From an uncultured Planctomycetaceae bacterium (lineage in GTDB: Bacteria > Planctomycetota > Planctomycetia > Pirellulales > Thermoguttaceae): 37,112 nucleotides of DNA. Made by a program: the position numbers and the translations under genes. The notes under the pieces were generated by a model. That model made no database searches and was not told where the DNA came from. It saw nothing but the letters and a program-made list of their open reading frames with translations. Each line of letters opens with the position of its first letter. Position 1 is the first letter of the stretch. The stretch lies in assembly GCA_964505115.1 (NCBI GenBank), contig CAZDHN010000002.1, forward strand, positions 1-37,112, given 5' to 3'. Of this stretch, positions 25,067 through 34,944 are shown piece by piece.

Positions 25067-26407
25067 TCACACCCGGTGAATCTCGAATCCCGGGCGTGGT
25101 TTTCGGGCGAAAAAGGCGGCTGCCTGATCATCGCCGACGATCTTCTCGGCCTTGGGATCCCAGCAGATCACACGGCCCAATCGGGCGGCTATCGCCGAAA
25201 GATGGCAGGTGTTCATCGCCTGCACGTGGCTGTAGACGTCCGAAAGCGGCAGCCCGCCCTCGCGGATGCAGCGGTAGAAGTTGTCCTTATGTCCCTCGGG
25301 CGGCTTGCCCTTGTAGAGTCGGGTGACGTCTTCGTCGGTGTATTTGCCTTCGTCCCACTTCTCCTCGATCGGCTTGCCCGTGATCTTCCTCCGGCTGACG
25401 AAGATTCGGCCCTTGCTGCCGTCGAAGAGGATGCCGTTGTCGCCCCGGCTGGTGACGATCAGCTCGATGCCGGAGGCGAACTTGCACTTCACGGCGTAAT
25501 CGTGGGCCGTGTTGTAGCAATCGTCGACGGTTGGATATCCGTCCTTGAAGGCGACCGGATGCTTGGCGTCGCTGCCGTCGATCTCGATCGGCCCCATGCC
25601 CTGCTTGTCTTCCCCAAGTGCCCAAGTGGAGATGTCCACGTGATGGGCGCCCCAGTCGGTGAACTTTCCGCCCGAGTACTCGTACCACCAGCGGAACTGG
25701 TAGTGGCAGCGCTTCTCGATGTAGTCGACCTTTGGCGCTTGGCCGAGCCAGAAGTCCCAGTCGATTTCCTTGGGCGGATCAACCTTGGGAAACGGCCCGC
25801 CGGTGGGCCCGCCGCCGATGCTGGCCGTAACCGTCTTAATGTCGCCCAACAGCCCCTTTTGCACCATGTTGATGGCGCGGAGGAATAGGCCACGGGAACT
25901 CCGCTGTTGGGTGCCGATGAAGAAGACCCGGTCCTTGTGCTTCTTGCAGGCGTTGCGGATCAGTTGGTTCTCTTCCAAGGTGAGCGTGAGCGGCTTCTGG
26001 CAGAAGACGTGCTTGCCCGCCTCGAGGGCCTCGACCGCGATCTTGATGTGCCAATGGTCGGGCGTGACCACGCTGACCACGTCGATGTCGTTCCGCTGGA
26101 GCACCTTGCGGTAGTCCTTGTATCCGTCGGCCTTGCCTCGGCCGATCTTTGGATCGTTCTTGGCCTTTTCCACGCGGCCGGAGTCGACGTCGCAAACGGC
26201 CACGATGTCGCCGAACCTTGAATGCCCCCGGGCGTCGCCGCTACCCATGCTACCCACGCCGATGCAGCCGATCTGCGGCCGATCGTTCGGCGACTCGGCG
26301 GCAAAAGCCTGCTGATTCCAACTAAAATACGGGACGGCACCGCCCGTAACGGCCGCGGCCACCGAGCCCTTCAGAAAGTCGCGTCGCGAGGCAGGAAGCT
26401 TTTTCAT
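25067..26407 (-). CDS. Gfo/Idh/MocA family oxidoreductase with twin-arginine (Tat) signal
   Basis: SRRDFLKGSVAAAV Tat motif, IGCIGVGSMGSGDA Rossmann block, ...VVTPDHWH..., EAGKHVFCQKPL. AGGAG lies 10 nt upstream of the ATG. Confidence 0.9.
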   Translation of the reverse strand: MKKLPASRRDFLKGSVAAAVTGGAVPYFSWNQQAFAAESPNDRPQIGCIGVGSMGSGDARGHSRFGDIVAVCDVDSGRVEKAKNDPKIGRGKADGYKDYRKVLQRNDIDVVSVVTPDHWHIKIAVEALEAGKHVFCQKPLTLTLEENQLIRNACKKHKDRVFFIGTQQRSSRGLFLRAINMVQKGLLGDIKTVTASIGGGPTGGPFPKVDPPKEIDWDFWLGQAPKVDYIEKRCHYQFRWWYEYSGGKFTDWGAHHVDISTWALGEDKQGMGPIEIDGSDAKHPVAFKDGYPTVDDCYNTAHDYAVKCKFASGIELIVTSRGDNGILFDGSKGRIFVSRRKITGKPIEEKWDEGKYTDEDVTRLYKGKPPEGHKDNFYRCIREGGLPLSDVYSHVQAMNTCHLSAIAARLGRVICWDPKAEKIVGDDQAAAFFARKPRPGFEIHRV

Positions 26408-26773
26408 AACGGAATTCTCCTAAGAAACGCTAGGCAGGTTGTGCGAGGCTGGGTATTGCCAATCCACGGCCCAAAGCCGCAGATGGCCCCAATATGATAG
26501 TCGATGCTCCGCCGGGAAGCCAGGACTTGCTGAAACAAGGGCAGAACATCCTTCTTTTCAGGCGGTTCCGAGAATTCCCCCGGGAGACCACATATCACGA
26601 TTGGGCCACAACCAGAGAAGGAGTATTCTCACGCAAAGACGCCAGAGAGCAAAGGGAAGATTCACCCTTTGCGTCTTGGCACCTTCACGTCTCTGCGCGA
26701 GACTACTTCCGCCTTCGCCAGGGCAAATGAGTGCCCGTCAATCCAGTGAGGTCAAGAAGATGGTCGATCCGTA

Positions 26774-26821
26774 GACAAAAAGAAAGCCCTCGCGGTGCAA
26801 ACACTTGCGCCGCAAGGGCTT
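26774..26821 (-). terminator. Intrinsic terminator downstream of the tRNA
   Basis: 17-bp imperfect stem (26784-26800 / 26805-26821), followed on the minus strand by UCUUUUUGUC. Confidence 0.55.
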
Positions 26822-26823
26822 AG

Positions 26824-26897
26824 TGGGGCTGCAGGGACTTGAACCCCGGACCAATCGATTATGAGTCGATTGCTCTAACCAACTGAGCTACAGCCCC
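26824..26897 (-). tRNA. tRNA with CAT anticodon (elongator Met or lysidine-modified Ile2); CCA not encoded
   Basis: Minus strand reads GGGGCTG-TA-GCTC-AGTTGGTTA-GAGC-A-ATCGA-CTCATAA-TCGAT-TGGTC-CGGGG-TTCAAGT-CCCTG-CAGCCCC-A. Full cloverleaf, 74 nt, G1-C72 pair (not initiator-like). Confidence 0.9.
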
Positions 26898-27101
26898 TTG
26901 TGGGGGTATCGTGGACCATGAGTCCGCTGCTCTAACCGCAGAGCCACTGGCCCGGGGAAATCGTTCGATTGACATCCGGAACATAATGTTAGTCGCTGGC
27001 GGGCGAATCGGCAACATGCCTATTGCGGTGGGCGAAGATGTCCGGTTAAGCTGGAGCCTTGCTTCATCACCGCATCGCTTCCCACCTCGAGGAGATATCT
27101 C

Positions 27102-30100
27102 ATGACAAATGGCCGCCGCCCGCTCGCATTCGTGTTCACTGTGATTCTGGCAAGTCTTTCTGGAGCAAGCCTGACACCGGCCGGCGACTGGCCCATGTAC
27201 AGGCACGACCTGGCACGAAGTGGGTCGACGCCCGATGCACTTCAGAATCCGCTCCATCGCGAATGGACCCATCAGCCGGTCCATCCGCCCATGCCCGCCT
27301 GGCCGGAGCCGTGTAGGGAACTGAACCGCGTGGCCTTCGACTATGCCCACGACACCGTAATAGCGGGCGGGTTGGCCTATTTCGGCTCCTCGGCCGACCA
27401 CAAGATATACGCCGTCGATCTGCAAACCGGGCGGCAGCGCTGGTGCTTCTTCACCGAGGGGCCCGTGCGGTTCGCGCCGGCCATCGAGGGCGGCCGTCTG
27501 TTCGCCGTATCCGACGACGGACGGCTCTATTGCCTCTCGGCCGACGAAGGCAAGTTGCTTTGGACCTTTTCGGGCGAGCCGCGACGTGAGAAGATCGTCG
27601 GCAACGAGCGGCTGATCTCGCGATGGCCCTTGCGCGGCGGAGTTGCCGTGGCCGACCGTGTCGTCTACTTCTCGGCCGGCATGTGGCCGAACGAAGGCGT
27701 CTATCTCTATGCAATCAGCGCCGAGACCGGCAAGGTCCTATGGACGAACGACACCTGTGGTCGCGACTACCGGCAACAGCCGCATCCACCCGCCTGCTCG
27801 GTTACGGGCGTGGCGCCGCAAGGGTATCTGCTGGGCAACGAGGGTCAATTGTTCGTACCCACCGGCCGAAACACGGCGGCCGCCTTCGATCGCGGTAACG
27901 GCAAGCTGCAATATTACCACAGCCGTCCGCGAAGCTGGGGTGATCGCTGGGGTGGTTGCTGGGGCATGGCCGCCGACGGGCTGCTGCTGAGTTGGCGGAC
28001 TCACTTCCAACCGGACGTGAACGTTCAACTGGGTGAATTCCCGCCCGACAAAGAAGACGGCACGGCCGCCTTCGATTCGGCGACGGGCACAATCCATCGC
28101 GATTTTCCCGGCAAGCTGAGGCTGGCGGTTAGCGGCAATACGCTCTACGCCAGCGGCAGCGGCAAACTGAGCGCCTACGACTGGAAAGCCTGGCGCGACG
28201 GCGCCCCGCTGGCGACTTGCACCAGGTGGGAAACCCCGCACGGCCGGGCCTATTCGCTGATCGTCGCCGGCAATACCGTTCTGGTCGGCGGGCGTGAAAC
28301 GGTCACGGCCTTCGACGGCGAGAAGGGTACACAGCTCTGGCAAGACAAAGTGTCGGGACAGGTCCGAAGTCTGGCCGCCGCCAACGGCCGCCTGCTGGCC
28401 AGCACCAGCGAAGGCCGGATCGTCTGCTACGGCCCAAAGCCCAGCGCCCGGCCGCCGCTTGTCTCCTCGCCAAAGGCCGCTTCGCCCTACCAGGCCGATT
28501 CGCCCGCCGTGGCTAATGCCAAGCGTATCATTGAACAGACGGGCAAGAGGGCCGGATACTGCGTGGTTCTGGGGGCGGGCGACGGCCGGCTACTGTACGA
28601 GTTGGCAAGTCACTCCGACCTGGAAGTCTACTGCATCGAACCCGACGCCCAGCGGGCGGACACCGTGCGTCAATCGCTGGACGCCGCCCGACTGTACGGC
28701 ACTCGTGTAACGATTCACCAGGGCACGCTCCGCACGTTGCGATATCCCGACTACCTGGCCGATCTGCTGATCGTTTCGCCAAGCGGCGCTGCCGATCTGA
28801 CCAACTGGCCGGCCGCCGAGGTGCGTCGCGTGCTGCGGCCTTGCGGGGGTATCGCCCAAGTCGTGGTTGCTGACGCGGGAGGAGCGGCGGCCGTCAAGCA
28901 GTGGCTTGCCGAGGGAAAAATCCCGCCGGAAGAGATCAAAAACGTCGATGGTGCCGTGCAAGTTGTCCGGGGTAACCTTCCGGGAGCCGCCAACTGGACT
29001 CACCAATACGCCACCGCCGCCCGACCAGGCGCTTCAACCGACACGCGTGTGAAGCTACCGGTCAAGCTGCTTTGGTTCGGCCCACCGGGACCCGAGCGAT
29101 TGATCGCCCGGCATTGGAAAGGGCCGGCCCCGCTCTGTGTCGATGGCCGGCTGTTCGTCATCGGGCAGTACAGCCTAATGGCCGTCGACGCCTATAACGG
29201 CCGGCGGCTCTGGCGTCGCGATCTACCCAGCGTGGGCCGATTTCCGGTCAGCTCGAAGGGAAGCAATGTAGCGGCCGACCAGCAGAGCGTCTACATCGCC
29301 ACCGGAAGGCAATGCTTGCGGCTCGACGCGGTCGACGGCCGGACAACGGCCACCTACCAGCTTCCGCCCGCGCCGGCCGGTCTGCCCGAAGCTGAAGCCA
29401 AGAAGCACGTCTGGAGCTATCTGGCAGTCGGCGAGATGGGCATCCTCGGCAGCGCGGGCACCGTGCAGGAAGGCAAGTACGTCTTCATGCTCGACAAGGA
29501 TGGCAAGCCGCTCTGGACCTACGCCGCCAAAGGCATCGTCGGCAACAACTCGCTGGCCATGGACTCCGGCCGCGTCTACCTGATCGACCGGACCAATCCG
29601 GCCGACGTGGCCAAGGCCAAGAAGCGGGGGGAAGACATATCGGCCGGCGCCACGCTTCTGGCACTCGACGCAGCCACCGGGAAAACCGCCTGGCAGACTA
29701 CCGAAGGCGTAGCCGGACGCGGTGAGTTGTGGTTGGCCCGGGGCGTGCTCCTGGCAACCGGAGGCGGCATGAGCGGCTACCAGGCCGAGTCGGGCAAAAT
29801 GCTTTACAATCGGGCCGTGAGGATGAGCCGCTTTCCCGTAATCGTGGGCGATACGATCTACGGCGAGCCGGCCGCTTACAACTTGCTAACCGGCGAACCG
29901 AAAACACGCCGCGATGCGTTTACAGACGAACCGGCGCCCTGGAACTTCGGGCGCTCGTACGGCTGCGGCTCGATATCGGGTGGAGCCAACCTCTTGATGT
30001 TCCGCTCCGGTACGCTGGGGATGTACGATCTGGCAAGCGACAGCGGCGTACACAACTTCGGCGGCGTTCGGGCCGGCTGTCACGTCAACGCCATCGCGGC

Positions 30101-32105
30101 CGGCGGGCTGATGCTGATGCCGCCCACCGACGCCAGTTGCACTTGCTCCTACTGCTACCAAACCACCGTGGCACTCATGCCGGCGGCCAGCCCGGAGAAT
30201 TGGTCGATCTTCTACAACCGGCTACCCAATACGACCCTCGACCGGGCCGCTCTCAACTTCGGCGCGCCGGCCGACCAGCGCGACGCCGACGGCCGGCTCT
30301 GGCTCGGAACGCCCCGACCCAACACGACGGCTCGCCGCCGCGACATCGCCGTACCGTTCCGCTTCACCTATGGTAGCAACGCGAACGAACAGGCATCCGG
30401 CCCCTATCGGCGCGACTCGGGCCTCCTGTCAATCGCCGGCACCGACCGGCCCTGGATCTACGCCAGCGGCCTGAAGGGATTGACCCGCGCCGAGTTGGAC
30501 CTCACCATCCTCGACCGGGGCATCGTCTCCTGGCCAATCGAGCAACCTCCGGCGGTCGACGGCAAGTTGGCCGACCCCTGCTGGAACGGATACAAGCGGG
30601 TAGCCCTCAACGGCGGCGGCTCGGTCACGTTGCGATACGACGATAAGAACCTCTACCTGGCCTACGAGAAGCCTGTTGCGACCGACGCCTTGGGCAAGGC
30701 CGTGCCCTGGAAGGCGGCCGCCTCGGGCGTCGACCCGGCCGTTTGGAAAGACGACTCGTTCGAGTTTTACCTGAGCAACGTGTCCGGCCGCGACCAGGCG
30801 AGCCAGAAGTACTTGCACGTGGGCGTGTCGGCTTCCGGCGCCCGCTACGACGCCATGTGGACCTACGTCACGCCCGCCCTGCCCGTCCAGGACATTCCCA
30901 AACTGGACGTCACCGTCGACGGCGACCCGGCCGATTGGGCCGGAAAGGGGCTCAGCGTGGTCTCACTACCGTGCCGGGACGGCAAACTCCGGCCGGCCGC
31001 CGACTTCGACCCCTGCTTCAAGCTCGGCTGGAACAACGACGGCCTGCTGATCTTGGCCGAAGTGAAGGACAACATACCACGCGAGTCGGCCGACGCCGCC
31101 CGGTTGACCCGGGGCGATTCGGTCGAGGTATTCTTAGCTCCCAAACGCGGCACGCCCGAAGGCTACAGCCTGGCTATCAGCCCGGGTTGCGATCCGAAGC
31201 ATGCCGAGTCCAGAAGCCTGCTGGCCGACCGTCGCAAGTCGACCGCCGGCGAAAAGCTCGAAAAGCTCACCGCCCGATTCGTGGCCAAGAAGGCGACCGG
31301 CGGTTACTTGGTCGAACTGCTGTTGCCCTGGAAGAACTTGAAGATTGCACCGGCCGCGGGCCGAGAGTTCGCCATGCAGTTGTTTGTCAACGACGACGAC
31401 GGGCGCGGCGACAAGTACCGATGCCAGGCGCTTTGGCATCCGGCCGGCAACCCTCGAAAGGACCCGCTTGCCTATCAGACGTTCCGTCTGGCCGACAAGC
31501 CGGCAGCGCCCATCGAATTCAAACGCGGCACGAAGCGCGACCGGCAGGGATTCTTCGCGGCAGCGACCCCCTATCCGATGCCGATCAAGCTGCCTCCGCT
31601 GGGCGCCCAGCCCGAGGACCCGAAGTACAACACTGCCTGGTTGAGCGCCGTGCGGGCCGACGGTCGAATGTTCAGCGCCGAGGTATCCATCCCCTGGACT
31701 GCGTTGGCCCAGTCCGGCTTGAACCGAAACTCGCTGATGATCGACCTGAACCACCGGGGCCCGCTGGGCGGTCCGCCGGTCATCGGCCGCGGGTTCGAGC
31801 GGCTGCTGGTGGTGTCGTCCGCGGTGGCAAGCCCCAAAAAGCTTTCCGTCCGGCTGCATTTCGCCGAGATCGAGGGGGCCAAGCCGGGCCAGCGGGTGTT
31901 CGACGTCAAATTGCAGGATAAGGTGGTCCTCAAAGACTTCGATATTGCGGCAACGGCCGGGAATAACTACGCTGTAGTGAAGCAATTCGACGGCATTGTC
32001 GCCGCCGGGGCGCTGGAAGTCGAGTTGGTTCCCAAATCGGCCGGGCCGGCGCCCCTTTCGGCGCCGATCATCAGCGGAATCGAAATCCACACGAATCGAA
32101 ATTGA
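27102..32105 (+). CDS. Giant secreted multidomain protein: PQQ-like beta-propeller, Rossmann (class I methyltransferase-like) insert, second propeller, two CBM9/DOMON-like modules, C-terminal malectin-like domain
   Basis: Signal peptide [38 protein letters not shown] and repeated propeller blades. [18 protein letters not shown]...VYCIEPD...[17 protein letters not shown] / [14 protein letters not shown] sugar-binding-type modules. C-terminal [32 protein letters not shown] malectin signature. Confidence 0.9.
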   Translation: MTNGRRPLAFVFTVILASLSGASLTPAGDWPMYRHDLARSGSTPDALQNPLHREWTHQPVHPPMPAWPEPCRELNRVAFDYAHDTVIAGGLAYFGSSADHKIYAVDLQTGRQRWCFFTEGPVRFAPAIEGGRLFAVSDDGRLYCLSADEGKLLWTFSGEPRREKIVGNERLISRWPLRGGVAVADRVVYFSAGMWPNEGVYLYAISAETGKVLWTNDTCGRDYRQQPHPPACSVTGVAPQGYLLGNEGQLFVPTGRNTAAAFDRGNGKLQYYHSRPRSWGDRWGGCWGMAADGLLLSWRTHFQPDVNVQLGEFPPDKEDGTAAFDSATGTIHRDFPGKLRLAVSGNTLYASGSGKLSAYDWKAWRDGAPLATCTRWETPHGRAYSLIVAGNTVLVGGRETVTAFDGEKGTQLWQDKVSGQVRSLAAANGRLLASTSEGRIVCYGPKPSARPPLVSSPKAASPYQADSPAVANAKRIIEQTGKRAGYCVVLGAGDGRLLYELASHSDLEVYCIEPDAQRADTVRQSLDAARLYGTRVTIHQGTLRTLRYPDYLADLLIVSPSGAADLTNWPAAEVRRVLRPCGGIAQVVVADAGGAAAVKQWLAEGKIPPEEIKNVDGAVQVVRGNLPGAANWTHQYATAARPGASTDTRVKLPVKLLWFGPPGPERLIARHWKGPAPLCVDGRLFVIGQYSLMAVDAYNGRRLWRRDLPSVGRFPVSSKGSNVAADQQSVYIATGRQCLRLDAVDGRTTATYQLPPAPAGLPEAEAKKHVWSYLAVGEMGILGSAGTVQEGKYVFMLDKDGKPLWTYAAKGIVGNNSLAMDSGRVYLIDRTNPADVAKAKKRGEDISAGATLLALDAATGKTAWQTTEGVAGRGELWLARGVLLATGGGMSGYQAESGKMLYNRAVRMSRFPVIVGDTIYGEPAAYNLLTGEPKTRRDAFTDEPAPWNFGRSYGCGSISGGANLLMFRSGTLGMYDLASDSGVHNFGGVRAGCHVNAIAAGGLMLMPPTDASCTCSYCYQTTVALMPAASPENWSIFYNRLPNTTLDRAALNFGAPADQRDADGRLWLGTPRPNTTARRRDIAVPFRFTYGSNANEQASGPYRRDSGLLSIAGTDRPWIYASGLKGLTRAELDLTILDRGIVSWPIEQPPAVDGKLADPCWNGYKRVALNGGGSVTLRYDDKNLYLAYEKPVATDALGKAVPWKAAASGVDPAVWKDDSFEFYLSNVSGRDQASQKYLHVGVSASGARYDAMWTYVTPALPVQDIPKLDVTVDGDPADWAGKGLSVVSLPCRDGKLRPAADFDPCFKLGWNNDGLLILAEVKDNIPRESADAARLTRGDSVEVFLAPKRGTPEGYSLAISPGCDPKHAESRSLLADRRKSTAGEKLEKLTARFVAKKATGGYLVELLLPWKNLKIAPAAGREFAMQLFVNDDDGRGDKYRCQALWHPAGNPRKDPLAYQTFRLADKPAAPIEFKRGTKRDRQGFFAAATPYPMPIKLPPLGAQPEDPKYNTAWLSAVRADGRMFSAEVSIPWTALAQSGLNRNSLMIDLNHRGPLGGPPVIGRGFERLLVVSSAVASPKKLSVRLHFAEIEGAKPGQRVFDVKLQDKVVLKDFDIAATAGNNYAVVKQFDGIVAAGALEVELVPKSAGPAPLSAPIISGIEIHTNRN

Positions 32106-32119
32106 GGGAGATAATCAGC

Positions 32120-32605
32120 ATGTCCTCCGACCGAATCCCCATGACTCGCACCGGCTATAACAAGATCAAGGCCCAAGTGGAGCACATGAATACGGTCGAG
32201 ATGCCCGTGATACTCGAACGGCTCAAGCTCGCTCGGGCGGAAGGTGACCTGAGCGAGAACGCCGAGTATCACGGCGCCCGTGAGAGCCAGGGGATGCTGG
32301 AAGCCCGGATGGGCGTTCTTCGCGACAAGCTGGCCCGGGCCGCGATAATGGACCCATCGCAGTCGCCCAAGGGCGAGGTCTCCTTCGGCATGACGGTTGC
32401 CGTAAAGGACCTCGCTTTCGGCGATACCGAGGAGTTCACGCTCGTCGGCGCCGGCGAGGAAGACTACGACGCCGGCAAGATATTGGTCACCAGCCCGCTG
32501 GCCCAAGGCCTCATCGGCAAGAAGGTCGGCGAGAAGGCCGAAATCGAGGTCCCCAACGGCACGCTCAAGTTCGAGATACTGGAAATCCGCTTCGACGAAG
32601 AGTAA
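32120..32605 (+). CDS. greA: Transcription elongation factor GreA
   Basis: ATG 32120 ([19 protein letters not shown]...) with GAGGGAG 9 nt upstream. [17 protein letters not shown] and the C-terminal [16 protein letters not shown] blocks are GreA hallmarks. Confidence 0.92.
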   Translation: MSSDRIPMTRTGYNKIKAQVEHMNTVEMPVILERLKLARAEGDLSENAEYHGARESQGMLEARMGVLRDKLARAAIMDPSQSPKGEVSFGMTVAVKDLAFGDTEEFTLVGAGEEDYDAGKILVTSPLAQGLIGKKVGEKAEIEVPNGTLKFEILEIRFDEE

Positions 32606-32631
32606 GCGTTACGCCACACTGCCCACCTAGC

Positions 32632-32736
32632 GTTTAGCCCCGTCACCGTTAGCCCCGTCGCCTGCGACGGGAGAAGTAACGACAACCGGTCCACCAGCCG
32701 GTCGCGGGCGACCGGGCTAACAGTCACCCACGCTTG
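32632..32736. mobile_element. Family A element, copy A4 (short subfamily, ends decayed)
   Basis: GTTAGCCCCGTCGCCTGCGACGGG ... CCGGTCGCGGGCGACCGGGCTAAC ... CCCACGCTTGA. No clear flanking duplication. Confidence 0.6.
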
Positions 32737-32759
32737 ATTATCAACCGGAGGAATCAACC

Positions 32760-34751
32760 ATGCGCCGAACGTCCATTTGTGCGGGATTGTTGCTTGCCCT
32801 GCTTGTGGTTTCCGCACGGGCCGCGCCAAAACAGGACGAACTCCGCTCGCTCGATCCGAAAGAGATACTCTCGAAACTGGACCTCGACCGGCCGGGGCTC
32901 GAAGCGGTTAAGGCCAAGCATCTGGCGGGCGATCGGGCCGGCGCGCTCGAGGCGCTGCTTGAATACTATCGCAAGAAGTACCCGCTCCCCAAGCGTGGCG
33001 GGCAGGCCAGCCGGTCGGATGTCCAAACGGCCGACGACATCACCCGGCACGTATTCAAATGGGGCCCCTACGAAAAGGCCGATTACGGTCCGGAGATGAA
33101 CTGGCAATGGGACCCCGCCGGCGACATCGAGTGGGTGGCGGCCGTCTACCGGTTTTATTGGGCGAAGCCCCTGCAAAAGGCATACCTGGCAACCCGCGAC
33201 GAAAAGTACGCCGAGGCCTTCGTCGAACTGGCCTCCGATTGGATCGCCAAACATCCGCTCCAGGACCGCAAGAAGACACACTATGTTTACACGCGCTGGC
33301 GCGGCTTCGTCTGGCTCGACATCCAAACGGGCATCCGGGCCGATTGCATCTCGGGCGCCTTCCCGGCCATGGTCCATGCCAAAGCCTTTACGCCCGAGTT
33401 CCTCGGCGTTTTGCTGACCAGCCTGTACGACCATCAGGTGAAGACCGAGAAACTGCCGATGGGCCGGATTCACAACAAGGCGGTCTTCGAGCAGCGCGGG
33501 TTCGTCCACGTACTGGCGACCGTCCCCGAACTGGCCGATTCGCGCCGCTGGATGGAGCTTGCCCTAAAACGAACCCGGGAGAACTTCCTGGCCCAAACCA
33601 CGCCCGACGGCGTACAGCGCGAATGGTCGTTCGGCTACAACTGCGCGGTGCTGAGCGACGCGGTCGGCATCATGCGGCGGGCCGAAGCGATGGGTGTCGC
33701 CGTGCCGGCCGATTATCGCGATCGGGTTCGCAAAATGTACGACTATCTGTTCGCCATCGCCACGCCCGAGCTGGCTGGACCAATGTTCGGCGACGCCTCG
33801 CGATCGATCAACGTGCCCAAGGAGCGGAATCGCTTGAGGCTCTATCGCACGCTGCTTGAAGCTTCCACCCTGCTGGACGATCCGAAATATGCCGCCCGGG
33901 CGAAGCTCGACCGCGCGAATCTCCCCCAACAGAAGAGTTATGCGTTCCTGGACGCCGGCACGTACGTCATGCGCGACGATTGGGGGCCGGAGCAGATTTA
34001 CTTCGCCTTGCACTGCCCGCCGCCCGGCATCAGCGGACACGATCAGAACGATAACGGCACGTTCGAGCTTTGCGCTTACGGCCGCTGGCTGATGCCCGAC
34101 TCGGGCTTCTACACCTATGGGCACGATCCGGTGGGACGCGCCTGGCACCGGCAGACGCGGGTGCATCAGACGCTTACGCTGGAGGGAAAGAACGCCAAGA
34201 TCAACGGCAAGCAATTACTCTGGCACACTTCGCCGGAGTTGGACGCGCTGACCGTGTCGAACGAATCGTACAAGGGCCTCGTGCATCGGCGGACCGTCTG
34301 GTTCGTCGAGAAGAAGTTCTTCGTGCTCCTGGACGAGGCCATCGGACAAGTTCCCGGTAAGCTGGAACTACATTTTCAACTCGCGCCCGGCGAAGCGCGT
34401 ATCGACACCAAGGAGCACTGGGCCACCACAACCTTCGACGACGCCAACGTGCTGGTTTGGGCCGATCCGAAAGCGCCCCTTTCGATGCACGAAGCGGAGG
34501 GCTGGTTCGCCTGGGGATACGGCCACCGCAAACCCCGGCCCGCCTTCTGCTACCGGCACGACGGCCCGGCACCGGCCGCCTTCCTCACCGTGCTGTTCCC
34601 ATACCGGGGCACCGATCGCCCCAAAGTCTCCGCCACGTTGCCCGACGGATTCAAGCCGGGCAGCAGTCGGGTCGAACTCGAGGTGCAAGCCCTGGGCAAG
34701 AAATGGGCCGTCGGTCGCGATTTGGATCAGCAGGAAGCCTGGTGCAAGTAG
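32760..34751 (+). CDS. Heparinase II/III family polysaccharide lyase-like protein with signal peptide
   Basis: MRRTSICAGLLLALLVVSARA signal. N-terminal alginate-lyase-like helical region (DIEWVAAVYRFYW...). C-terminal GHDQNDNGTFELCAYGRWLMPDSG block typical of heparinase II/III. GGAGGA lies 8 nt upstream. Confidence 0.88.
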   Translation: MRRTSICAGLLLALLVVSARAAPKQDELRSLDPKEILSKLDLDRPGLEAVKAKHLAGDRAGALEALLEYYRKKYPLPKRGGQASRSDVQTADDITRHVFKWGPYEKADYGPEMNWQWDPAGDIEWVAAVYRFYWAKPLQKAYLATRDEKYAEAFVELASDWIAKHPLQDRKKTHYVYTRWRGFVWLDIQTGIRADCISGAFPAMVHAKAFTPEFLGVLLTSLYDHQVKTEKLPMGRIHNKAVFEQRGFVHVLATVPELADSRRWMELALKRTRENFLAQTTPDGVQREWSFGYNCAVLSDAVGIMRRAEAMGVAVPADYRDRVRKMYDYLFAIATPELAGPMFGDASRSINVPKERNRLRLYRTLLEASTLLDDPKYAARAKLDRANLPQQKSYAFLDAGTYVMRDDWGPEQIYFALHCPPPGISGHDQNDNGTFELCAYGRWLMPDSGFYTYGHDPVGRAWHRQTRVHQTLTLEGKNAKINGKQLLWHTSPELDALTVSNESYKGLVHRRTVWFVEKKFFVLLDEAIGQVPGKLELHFQLAPGEARIDTKEHWATTTFDDANVLVWADPKAPLSMHEAEGWFAWGYGHRKPRPAFCYRHDGPAPAAFLTVLFPYRGTDRPKVSATLPDGFKPGSSRVELEVQALGKKWAVGRDLDQQEAWCK

Positions 34752-34757
34752 CAGTTT

Positions 34758-34916
34758 GGTGCCACTGGCGTTTCGCCAGTGCTTTTCAGCCCCGGGCTTG
34801 CAAGCTCGGCTCCAAAAGGACGGCCAATCCGGCCGTTTTCCAGAAAAGAAACGAGTAGTCAAGTTCCACCAACAAGCCAAGAACGAAAAAACACTGGCAA
34901 GATGCCAGTGGCACCC
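34758..34916. repeat. Family C element C-II
   Basis: Left end GGTGCCACTGGCGTTTCGCCAGTG (34758-34781) and right end CACTGGCAAGATGCCAGTGGCACCC (34892-34916) are inverted. Lies between the convergent heparinase and glmS stops. Confidence 0.6.
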
Positions 34917-34944
34917 GACAAACGCTGTCATACCAAACGCAACC

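Noticed and set aside
26408-26823. ORFs 26439..26774 and 26404..26598, or a structured RNA in the 416-nt gap upstream of the oxidoreductase gene
   Set aside because: The ORFs have Arg/Ser/Pro-rich composition and no start context. Apart from a 13-bp interrupted hairpin (26635-26677) and the tRNA terminator, I could not match any known RNA family (SRP, RNase P, tmRNA and 6S motifs were sought by eye).
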